Of a stretch of DNA of 64,000 nt, positions 21,116 through 28,999 are shown in pieces. The translations under genes were made by a program, and so were the position numbers. The DNA is from an uncultured beta proteobacterium. Its GTDB lineage: Bacteria > Pseudomonadota > Gammaproteobacteria > Burkholderiales > Burkholderiaceae. The stretch lies in assembly GCA_963738755.1 (NCBI GenBank), contig CAVTXZ010000011.1:39841-103840 (forward strand), read 5' to 3'. How positions within the stretch are numbered: position 1 is the stretch's first letter; every line of letters starts with the position of its first letter. The notes under the pieces were generated by a model that searched no databases, was not told the DNA's origin, and was given only the letters and a program-made list of their open reading frames with translations.

Positions 21116-21634
21116 TTGAAGATCGATCCCGAAGAATTCCGCAAAGGACTCCGAGCCTTCACAACCGGCGTCACAGTCGTTTCAATGCCAGACGACCAGG
21201 GCCGCATGCACGCGATGACAGCAAGTTCATTTGCGGCTGTTTCACTCGATCCGCAACTGGTAGCCGTCAGCATTGCGAAGACTGCGAAATCGCATGCGTT
21301 TCTATCGACTGACAACTACTACGCTATCAATATCCTGGCTGAAGACCAGGGCTTTCATGGCCATTACTTCGCCAACCGCATCCCCGAACGTTGGGATCCC
21401 CCACATGAATGGATCGCGGACACACCTATCCTCACCGGCACGATGGGCTGGTTTATATGCCGCCGCTGGGCCGCATACGAAGGTGGTGACCACACTATTC
21501 TGGTTGGTGAAGTCGTTCAGATTCATCGCACGGATGAACGGCCGCTGGTCTGCAATCGCGGGACGTTCTATTCGTTGGGTCAACCGGTAGAAGCCGTCCA
21601 TCCCGACCTGCAGAGCAATGAGAAATCCGCTTGA
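21116..21634 (+). CDS. Flavin reductase (HpaC/DIM6/NTAB family)
   Basis: FRKGLRAFTTGVTVV, MTASSFAAVSLDP and GGDHTILVGEV; TTG start after GAGG. Confidence 0.92.
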   Translation: MKIDPEEFRKGLRAFTTGVTVVSMPDDQGRMHAMTASSFAAVSLDPQLVAVSIAKTAKSHAFLSTDNYYAINILAEDQGFHGHYFANRIPERWDPPHEWIADTPILTGTMGWFICRRWAAYEGGDHTILVGEVVQIHRTDERPLVCNRGTFYSLGQPVEAVHPDLQSNEKSA

Positions 21635-21680
21635 CACCCGTCAGGCGATTCCATTTACCACGATAAAGCAGACATTCCCC

Positions 21681-21935
21681 ATGACTAACAGGGTTCAGAT
21701 AGTAGACAACGGTCCAATGCAACTGACGGGCGAATTCGAACTTGTCGACGACAATGGGCAGATCGTTCGCACTCGCAAGGTCTACACGTTGTGCCGATGC
21801 GGCCTGTCAACACGGCTACCGTTCTGTGATGCATCGCACGAACGTGCCGGATTCTCGAGTTCTCCCAGAGCACCGCAAAGCGAAGCCGGCTCCGATCCTG
21901 CGCCTGTTTCGAATCCAGGCGCCGTTCCCCAATAA
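21681..21935 (+). CDS. CDGSH iron-sulfur domain protein 1
   Basis: NGP...G lead-in and LCRCGLSTRLPFCDASH, matching C-X-C-X2-S-X3-P-X-C-D-X-S-H. Confidence 0.88.
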   Translation: MTNRVQIVDNGPMQLTGEFELVDDNGQIVRTRKVYTLCRCGLSTRLPFCDASHERAGFSSSPRAPQSEAGSDPAPVSNPGAVPQ

Positions 21936-21957
21936 CCCGTTCCCACCTGACGCTGCC

Positions 21958-22230
21958 ATGTCAATTGTCAAAGGTCACATCATGGACGCCGGCCCGCTTC
22001 ACCTGGTCGGCGAATTCGAAATTATCGACGCACTCGGCAACCGCTTCCCGAACAGTGGCATCTTCAGTCTCTGTCGATGTGGGCACTCGCAGAGCAAACC
22101 CTACTGCGACGGAGAGCATCGGGCGCAGCGATGGTCGGGATGCGCCTCATCTGCGGTACCCGCCGCTGCGCAAACCCAGGCTAGCTCGCCTGCTCCGAAC
22201 CGGCATACGGACGAATCGACGTCACGCTGA
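21958..22230 (+). CDS. CDGSH iron-sulfur domain protein 2
   Basis: AGPLHLVG lead-in and LCRCGHSQSKPYCDGEH. Confidence 0.85.
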   Translation: MSIVKGHIMDAGPLHLVGEFEIIDALGNRFPNSGIFSLCRCGHSQSKPYCDGEHRAQRWSGCASSAVPAAAQTQASSPAPNRHTDESTSR

Positions 22231-22344
22231 GGCGTTCTCAAGCCCACTAGCAGCAATCTGGCCGCTGCGCTGGCCGGCAACTGCACACGATCTGCCTTTG
22301 CAGCAGACTACTCGCGATTACTTCCGTGTCTAATAACGAAAGCG

Positions 22345-22381
22345 AAAAGAGGCCAACCTCGCACCCGCAAGATTGGCCTCT
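22345..22381 (-). terminator. Rho-independent terminator of the and operon
   Basis: Stem AGAGGCCAA/TTGGCCTCT is extended by G-U pairs on the minus strand and followed by a short U-run; about 20 bp after the andAa stop. Confidence 0.6.
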
Positions 22382-22400
22382 CGCGAAATACCTCAGACAG

Positions 22401-23609
22401 CTAACGCTTGAGTAGCGAGCGCAGCGAAACGGACGTATCGCCCAGCAGCGTCCTGTCTACCGGACCACCTGCGGCCATTCTCACGAATACAGCCATGTCC
22501 TTGCCACTGTTGACCGTTACCGCGGCCCGCACGCTGCCGGCTTCATCGAGGCCGATCATGCTGAACGCCCCGGCGGAAATCGCGCCGCGCAGGACCATCG
22601 TATGAGTGCCGTCGAAAGTACCGAGCGATTGCACGTTGCAATCGTACTGATCCGACCAGAGCCACGGCATTTCGTTGTAGCGCTCCGCGGCACCCAGCAT
22701 GTTGGCGGCCGCCACAGCCGGCTGCTTCTCCGCGACCTGCCAGGATTCGACACGGATATGCCGCCCGACAGAGCTGACGAAGTGCCGCGTCACCTCGCCC
22801 GCGGCGAAAATGTTCGGGTCGGATGTGCGGCATTCATCATTCACGACGATGCCATCGCTGACCTCGAGTCCCGCCTGCTCGGCCAGTTCCGTGTTGGGAA
22901 TCACGCCGATGCCGGCCACCACCGCGTCCGCGGACAGGTCCCCTTCGCTGGTTGCCACGCGCACCGAACCATCCGCTGCCTGCTGGATATCCGTGACCTG
23001 CACCCCAAGACGAAACTCGACACCGCGGCTCGCATGAAGCTGCCGCATAAACTCGCTGACTTCAGGTGGCATCGAGCGTTTGAGCAAGCGGTCAGCCGGT
23101 TCGATCAGCGTAACGGCGCAGCCTCTGCCGATGGCGGTCGCCGCGACCTCCAGACCAACAAATCCGCCGCCTACGATTACAACTCGCGCCCCCTGTTCGA
23201 GCCGCACTCTCAGATGCCGGGCGTCGTCGAGGGTGCGCAGATAGTGCACGGGTCCGCCGTGCAGCTTGCGAACCCGCGATCCGGTCGCCAGCAGAAGACG
23301 GTCGTACATAAGCTGCGAACCATCGCTCAGGCTGAGCGACCGGTCTGCCCGGTCGATAGCCGTGACTTTCAGGCCAAGTCGCAGTTCAATACGTTGGCTC
23401 TCGTAGTAAGCGGCGTCGCGAATGAACGCATGCCGCTCCCGCTCTTCGTCGAGCAGCGCATCCTTCGAAAGCGACGGCCGGTCATACGGCAGATGCGATT
23501 CGTCGCCAATGATGCAGATGCGTGCGTCGGGCGCGCGCTCGCGCAACACCTCCGCTGCCCTGCGGCCGGCTTGCCCGCCGCCGACGATTACAAGATTCTG
23601 ATTTTTCAT
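22401..23609 (-). CDS. andAa: Anthranilate 1,2-dioxygenase ferredoxin-NAD(+) reductase
   Basis: VGGGQAG, PYDRPSLSK, VGGGFVGLE and PWLWSDQYD; last gene of the operon. Confidence 0.9.
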   Translation of the reverse strand: MKNQNLVIVGGGQAGRRAAEVLRERAPDARICIIGDESHLPYDRPSLSKDALLDEERERHAFIRDAAYYESQRIELRLGLKVTAIDRADRSLSLSDGSQLMYDRLLLATGSRVRKLHGGPVHYLRTLDDARHLRVRLEQGARVVIVGGGFVGLEVAATAIGRGCAVTLIEPADRLLKRSMPPEVSEFMRQLHASRGVEFRLGVQVTDIQQAADGSVRVATSEGDLSADAVVAGIGVIPNTELAEQAGLEVSDGIVVNDECRTSDPNIFAAGEVTRHFVSSVGRHIRVESWQVAEKQPAVAAANMLGAAERYNEMPWLWSDQYDCNVQSLGTFDGTHTMVLRGAISAGAFSMIGLDEAGSVRAAVTVNSGKDMAVFVRMAAGGPVDRTLLGDTSVSLRSLLKR

Positions 23610-23636
23610 AGCCTGGCTCGCGCAGTTGCTCGACTG

Positions 23637-23966
23637 TCAATCCGCTCCGGAACTGCCGATTTCCACCCGCCCGTTGAGTACCCGAATCGGATACGTGCGA
23701 ACGGGTTCGGTAATCGGAGCAGAGCACGGAGTGCCTGTACGCAGGTCGATCAGTCCCTGGTGAAGCGGACATTCGACGCAGCCGTTTTCGACGAAACCTT
23801 CCGACAGCCGCGCATGACCATGCGAACACAGGTCGTGCAGGGCAAACCATTCACCCTCGGCGCGGAACACGGCAACCGGGTGCGCGCCCACCACCACCTG
23901 CGCCGGTTCGTCCTCCACGAAGTCATGCTCCGCGCCCACGTCGAGCCACTGGATCAATTCGGACAT
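23637..23966 (-). CDS. andAb: Anthranilate dioxygenase Rieske ferredoxin
   Basis: Rieske ligands CSH...VECPLH. Confidence 0.9.
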   Translation of the reverse strand: MSELIQWLDVGAEHDFVEDEPAQVVVGAHPVAVFRAEGEWFALHDLCSHGHARLSEGFVENGCVECPLHQGLIDLRTGTPCSAPITEPVRTYPIRVLNGRVEIGSSGAD

Positions 23967-23978
23967 TCGAGCCTCCCG

Positions 23979-24455
23979 TCAAATCGGCGTGGCGAGCAGC
24001 GTCTGCACTCGCGACGTGTCGTAAATCACGCGCTTTTCCGCGTAGCGCCAGCCGTCCGGTGTCCGAACTACGCGATCGAGATAGCGGCCCGCCTGGTAGA
24101 TGAACGACTCGCCGCTCGTCAATGTCTGAACCACGACGTAGCTGCTCTCCGTGCGCACTTCATTCGCGGACTGTTCGACGACCGTCAAGCCCGAGGTCAT
24201 ATGGCGGTACGCGTGCTCCTCGAAGATGTTTGCGTTACGCAGCGACACGATCCGATCGCGCAACATGCGCTGGTTCGTGCAGTGAATGATGCCGATCGGC
24301 AAACCGGCGTCCTCGTTCTCGCGGGGAACGATTTCATACAGGCAGTCCTCCACGAAAAAATCCGGCCAGGCTTCGAGCCGGTCGTTATCCAGCGCGTTCA
24401 CATAGCGGCTCTGCAGCATGTGAAGGTCAAACCACAGTTGTGTTTCCTGCTCCAT
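23979..24455 (-). CDS. andAd: Anthranilate dioxygenase small (beta) subunit
   Basis: LDNDRLEAWPDFF, MLRDRI and YDTSRVQTLLATPI; RBS before MEQETQ. Confidence 0.9.
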   Translation of the reverse strand: MEQETQLWFDLHMLQSRYVNALDNDRLEAWPDFFVEDCLYEIVPRENEDAGLPIGIIHCTNQRMLRDRIVSLRNANIFEEHAYRHMTSGLTVVEQSANEVRTESSYVVVQTLTSGESFIYQAGRYLDRVVRTPDGWRYAEKRVIYDTSRVQTLLATPI

Positions 24456-24473
24456 CTCTCCCTCCTGCTTCAT

Positions 24474-25745
24474 TCAATAACCCATGAGCTTCTGATAGCC
24501 GACCCAGAACTTGCGGATCAGACTTTCCGTAATCACCGTGTCCTGCTGGTCCGGATTTCCGCGCGACATCTCGATGACCGACGTCGCATCGGCGTCCCGT
24601 ACGGTGCCTTGCTGCACGAGTTCCGTGGCCTCCGTGTCTTCCATCGAGATGTACCCGGCCGGCCCCACGAGGTTGGCCTGCTTGATGCGCAGAGCGCGCA
24701 TTTCCGGCGTGTCGTCCGTATAGCCGAAGAAGTGGAAAATCAGTTCGAAGCTGTCCGGGCCCTTCGCCAGCAATTGACGGGCAACCAGCGTGTTGTGAAT
24801 CTGCTGGATCACCAGTTGCGGGAAAATCGGCTGGATGTGATTGGTCGTGTCCTCTTCGTATTCGGAGACGAGTGCCAGGATCGAGTCGTCTTCCAGCGAA
24901 AAGCCTTCGTCGAACGAGCGAATGTTCTGTTGCTTGTATGCGCTCGACGTGTCTTCGCCCGTTTTCGTCACGGTAATGATGCTGTGCAGGCCATGATTTG
25001 CGTCTGGAATCGAGCGCGCCTTCATGCCCACCCGGAAGATGTTGAAGGTGGTGTGAAAGAGGTGCAGCATGCTCGCGTGGTACGGATCCTTCACGTTCTC
25101 CATATAGAGCTTCCAGTTCGACTTGGAGAACTGGCGCGTACAACCAAGATATTCGATGGGCTTATGGAAGATCCTGTCGATCCACGGGCGCATTTCATTG
25201 CCGAGGTATTCCGGCAACGGAACCACTTCTTCGCTGAAGGTGGCGAATACGAGGCCGCGATAAGTCTCCACGCGCAATTGCTTCAGGCTATGCGCCTTCG
25301 GATCGAAATCCGCAGGCATGCCCGTCATGCCTTTTTGCCCGCGGCGAAACGGTACGCCCAGCAGATTGCCGGCGTTGTCGAAGCTCCACTGATGGTAGAC
25401 GCAGGTGTGCGACGTTGCATTGCCGCGCGACTTGCGGCAAACCATCGCGCCGCGGTGCGCACAACGGTTGACCCATGCCGCCACCGCGCCGTCTTCCATC
25501 CGCGTGACCACTACCGGCGTATCGCCGACGAACGTGCTCTTGTAGTCGCCGGGGTTCGGAATCTCAGCTTCAAGCGCCACGAAATTCCATGTGGGGCCAC
25601 GGAAAATCTTTGCCTGCTCCCGCTCGAACACCGCTTGCGAGCTGAACACCTTGTACGGGACGCGCGAGCCGTCCTGGCGCGGGAATTTGACGAAATCATC
25701 CAGTTCGCTGGCTGGACGCAGCGGTACTTCAGTCGTTTGCATCAT
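24474..25745 (-). CDS. andAc: Anthranilate dioxygenase large (alpha) subunit, three-component Burkholderia type
   Basis: Rieske CAHRG...CVYH and mononuclear iron motif NWKLYMENVKDPYHASMLH; closely resembles Burkholderia AndAc as recalled, ending FWVGYQKLMGY. Confidence 0.92.
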   Translation of the reverse strand: MMQTTEVPLRPASELDDFVKFPRQDGSRVPYKVFSSQAVFEREQAKIFRGPTWNFVALEAEIPNPGDYKSTFVGDTPVVVTRMEDGAVAAWVNRCAHRGAMVCRKSRGNATSHTCVYHQWSFDNAGNLLGVPFRRGQKGMTGMPADFDPKAHSLKQLRVETYRGLVFATFSEEVVPLPEYLGNEMRPWIDRIFHKPIEYLGCTRQFSKSNWKLYMENVKDPYHASMLHLFHTTFNIFRVGMKARSIPDANHGLHSIITVTKTGEDTSSAYKQQNIRSFDEGFSLEDDSILALVSEYEEDTTNHIQPIFPQLVIQQIHNTLVARQLLAKGPDSFELIFHFFGYTDDTPEMRALRIKQANLVGPAGYISMEDTEATELVQQGTVRDADATSVIEMSRGNPDQQDTVITESLIRKFWVGYQKLMGY

Positions 25746-25944
25746 GCTCCTCCGTCTTTGGAATATCACAGTGGAGCCATGCTGACGCCGTCAAAAAGCA
25801 TTCGCTATCCACTTTCCGCCGAAACCGGAAGCACTATCCAGTTTCGGCACGTTTCGTGGTCAGGATGGGACCGGATACCGCCGCGGCGATTTTTAGGTCA
25901 CACTTGCACACTGGATCACAGCAGCACCCACACATCGGTTAGCC

Positions 25945-26904
25945 ATGGCCACGTCTCCGTTTAGCGCACAAGCCTTGCGCGAATACAGGCTCTTCGAATC
26001 CACTGATCTCGATGAAGCGCGCGAGCGTATCTCCCGCGTGATGCAGCCTCACCTGCTCGTGCCCTCAGGCGCAAAAGCGGGCATCTCCCATATGGACTTC
26101 GTCAGGCTCGGCGGGGTCGGAATCGGCACGATTGCATTCGGAAATGCGATGCGCGTGGATGTGGAGGCGGTCGCCGGCTATCACCTGCTGATGTTTTGCG
26201 TCACCGGCCAGGCGCGCGTGCGCACGAGAGGGCAAACGGTCTGCGTGGATCAGTCGAACGCAGTTCTGTGCGCGGCGGGGGAGCCGTTCGACGCGGTGCT
26301 TTCACCGGATTGCGAGCAGTTCATTCTGCGTATCGACACCAGTTTGCCTGGCGCTCAGGCATGCGCCACGCGCTTCGGCCCCGGCTCGCATCTGCACATC
26401 GACACTCCCGCGCTTGGAGGCTGGATGCAGCAACTTAATCTGATTGCCAATTCACCGGCGCTGCTCGAGCTTGCTGGACATAACGACGCCATTGGGGGGC
26501 AACTCGGCCGCCTTCTGCTCGAGTTGCTGACGTCAGGTCACGTGAGGGCCACGCCCGAGACCAGCCGCCGGACGGCGGCGCCAGGTGTCATCAAGCGGGC
26601 CGAGGATTTCATGCATGAACATTGCGGAGAAGTCTTGCGACTGCCTGATATGGCGACGGCGCTGGGGCTCGCCGAACGCACACTGCGCGACGGCTTCCAG
26701 CAGTTCCGGGGCGTGAGCCCCACGCAATACCTGCGGCAGATCCGCCTCGACAAGGCGTACAAGATTCTTAGTGAAGCGACAGAGGGTGTCTATGTGTCGG
26801 ACGTCGCCATGAATTGCGGCTTCATGCACCTCGGGCGCTTTTCGATCGAGTACAAGAAGCGGTTCGGAGAATCGCCGTCCGAGACACTGGCGCGGCGCAT
26901 GTGA
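25945..26904 (+). CDS. andR: AraC family regulator of the and operon
   Basis: FESTDLDEARERISRVMQPH N-terminal domain and GFMHLGRFSIEYKKRFGESPSETL; divergent from andAc. Confidence 0.88.
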   Translation: MATSPFSAQALREYRLFESTDLDEARERISRVMQPHLLVPSGAKAGISHMDFVRLGGVGIGTIAFGNAMRVDVEAVAGYHLLMFCVTGQARVRTRGQTVCVDQSNAVLCAAGEPFDAVLSPDCEQFILRIDTSLPGAQACATRFGPGSHLHIDTPALGGWMQQLNLIANSPALLELAGHNDAIGGQLGRLLLELLTSGHVRATPETSRRTAAPGVIKRAEDFMHEHCGEVLRLPDMATALGLAERTLRDGFQQFRGVSPTQYLRQIRLDKAYKILSEATEGVYVSDVAMNCGFMHLGRFSIEYKKRFGESPSETLARRM

Positions 26905-26924
26905 CAACGCGCACCTCAGGTGGT

Positions 26925-27290
26925 TTACGCCGCCTTCTGCTTACGAATGCGCGGTGGATCGTAAATACTGAGCAGCATCAGCCAGCCTTTGCCCGTGTTG
27001 CGGATCGCATGCACCACCCCCCGCGGAATCCGCACGACCGTCCCTGCCCTCACTGCATGACACCTGTCGGCGATGTCGATTTCGCCTTCACCGTCCAGGA
27101 TATAAAACGCATGGTTATCCTGATCAATATGGAGCGGCGAATATCCACCAGGCGCAACCTTCGCAATATCGATGTTGTAGGCGTCGGTGTATTCGGTCCC
27201 CAGGATGTTAAAGATGAATTCGTAGCCCTTCGATCCCTCGATCTGATGCGATCGCCATGGCGTATCGAAAGTGTGGGTGATGTGATTCAT
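26925..27290 (-). CDS. Cupin domain protein
   Basis: PGGYSPLHID..HAFYILDGEG and IPRGVVHAIRNTG. Confidence 0.85.
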   Translation of the reverse strand: MNHITHTFDTPWRSHQIEGSKGYEFIFNILGTEYTDAYNIDIAKVAPGGYSPLHIDQDNHAFYILDGEGEIDIADRCHAVRAGTVVRIPRGVVHAIRNTGKGWLMLLSIYDPPRIRKQKAA

Positions 27291-27339
27291 ATCGGTCGTC
27301 TCTGGTTGATGGCGGCGCCTTGCAACTGCCGCCGGATGT

Positions 27340-28569
27340 TCAAGTGCCGGCGTGCTCTTTCACAAACATCATGCAGATCGCGCCCAGCAGCGGACCCAAC
27401 GCGAGTGTGGCGAACGCCGCCTGGAACGAATGACTCGCCTGAAATACAAGACCTACCACAGCCGGCGACACCGCCGACCCCGACTGCCAGACCGCGTTTG
27501 CGATACCGGCGGCAGAGCCGGCCCGGTTGATGCCGCTTTGCTCCGCAGCCAACGTCACCAGCAGCGGGCTATAAACGAATGCGCCGATGCCGACGAACGG
27601 AGCCGCGAGACGAAATGCATTGAGCTCGGAGAGCTGCCCAAACATCAGCAGGGCGACAAAGAAGAACATCAAGGAAGCGACCGTCAACGCCTTGCGGCGT
27701 CCGCCCAGTCTGTCGGAGAGCCAGCCAACCGACGGTTTGCTGATCAGCCCTGCAATACCCGCGATCGCAACAATGAAGCCTGCCTGCACGGGAGCAATGT
27801 GATGTCCCTTTACCATGAGCGAAATCGCCCATGACGCAAATCCGAGCGTGCCCCAGAACCCGCCGCAGCCGGCGAGCGAGAGCAAAACGAAGTTGCGGTT
27901 GAGCAGCGTACTCACACGCGATTTCTCCGGCATGCGTTCCGACAATTGCGCACCGGTAGGGACGAACTGGTTGCGAAGGATCACCGCGGTCAGAATTGAC
28001 AGAATCAGCGCACAAACTCCCAGGCCGTGATAGGTGTTACGCCAACCAAGGTTTGTCGCGACGCCAGGCAGAACCGCGCTGGTCACAATGACCGCGATGG
28101 AAGATGCGCTCATCAGCAGGCCGACGGCTCGTCCGCGCTCATGCCTCGCGAACCACGTCGAGACGAGCTTCACCCCGGCCGCGTAGTCCGCACCCGCGGT
28201 GAGTCCCATGATGCATTGCAATACGAGCCCCACGGCTAATGACGGGGTGTAACCAAAACAGAACGTCGCGACTGCGAGGCCAAGCAGCGAGACTGACAGC
28301 GTCGCGCGGCCACCAATCCGGTCTGTCATGACACCGCCCACGACATTGGAGAGGACGTAGCCCACATAAAACGCGGTCACAAAAACACCGAGCGCTGCGA
28401 TGGGTAGCCCGAGTGACTGTCCAGCGGGAAGTGCGAGCGTGCCCCACGCGAGGCGGCAGACCGTGCTGAGCATGAGCCCGGCCCACGCAAAAAACAGAAT
28501 CGCCCAACGGAATCTCGCGACTTTTGCATCGTCACTACAGTCCGTTGGTGTCGAAATGGCCGCTTGCAT
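27340..28569 (-). CDS. MFS transporter
   Basis: About 12 hydrophobic segments; motif A GVMTDRIGGR and GWLSDRLGGRR. Confidence 0.92.
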   Translation of the reverse strand: MQAAISTPTDCSDDAKVARFRWAILFFAWAGLMLSTVCRLAWGTLALPAGQSLGLPIAALGVFVTAFYVGYVLSNVVGGVMTDRIGGRATLSVSLLGLAVATFCFGYTPSLAVGLVLQCIMGLTAGADYAAGVKLVSTWFARHERGRAVGLLMSASSIAVIVTSAVLPGVATNLGWRNTYHGLGVCALILSILTAVILRNQFVPTGAQLSERMPEKSRVSTLLNRNFVLLSLAGCGGFWGTLGFASWAISLMVKGHHIAPVQAGFIVAIAGIAGLISKPSVGWLSDRLGGRRKALTVASLMFFFVALLMFGQLSELNAFRLAAPFVGIGAFVYSPLLVTLAAEQSGINRAGSAAGIANAVWQSGSAVSPAVVGLVFQASHSFQAAFATLALGPLLGAICMMFVKEHAGT

Positions 28570-28924
28570 ACTGTCTCCTCGCTACGATTGTCCGCGCGCT
28601 GCTGCGATCTGGAATAGCGCCTATGATCGTGCGAAAATCCGGAGAACAAAATTCATCTACTGCAAAACCATGTTCCCGCTGCGGAACGATGCGGAGTAAC
28701 ACCGCGCTGACCCGATCCGCTTTCGGTTTCGGTTTCGCGCATTGATTTCGAAACCGCCGGGAGTGGGTTCAGCGTATCATTTCGTGAGTAGCGCGTAGGC
28801 CCCCGTCGCGCCCGGCAAGCGGTCCGGGCGTCGCTTGGGCGGCGCGCCCGCCGAGGTCCGACTGGCTGAACCGCGATCACATCCTCCATGGAATCCATGG
28901 TGCCCCAGCGCTGGGTCGAGCCAT

Positions 28925-28942
28925 ATCCCCCTTGCCGGGGAG
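28925..28942. promoter_or_regulatory. Palindrome ATCCCC-N6-GGGGAG upstream of the MalT-like regulator
   Basis: Same architecture as 38541-38558. Confidence 0.45.
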
Positions 28943-28999
28943 CACGATCGCAGCAACCGGGGATGCAGCGAGGGACAACCCGAACACCCGGAGCAGCTG

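Noticed and set aside
22602-25964. 1120-aa plus-strand ORF antisense to the and operon
   Set aside because: Shadow ORF. All four and genes share one reading frame, so their GC-rich antisense frame stays open; the translation has no recognisable motifs.
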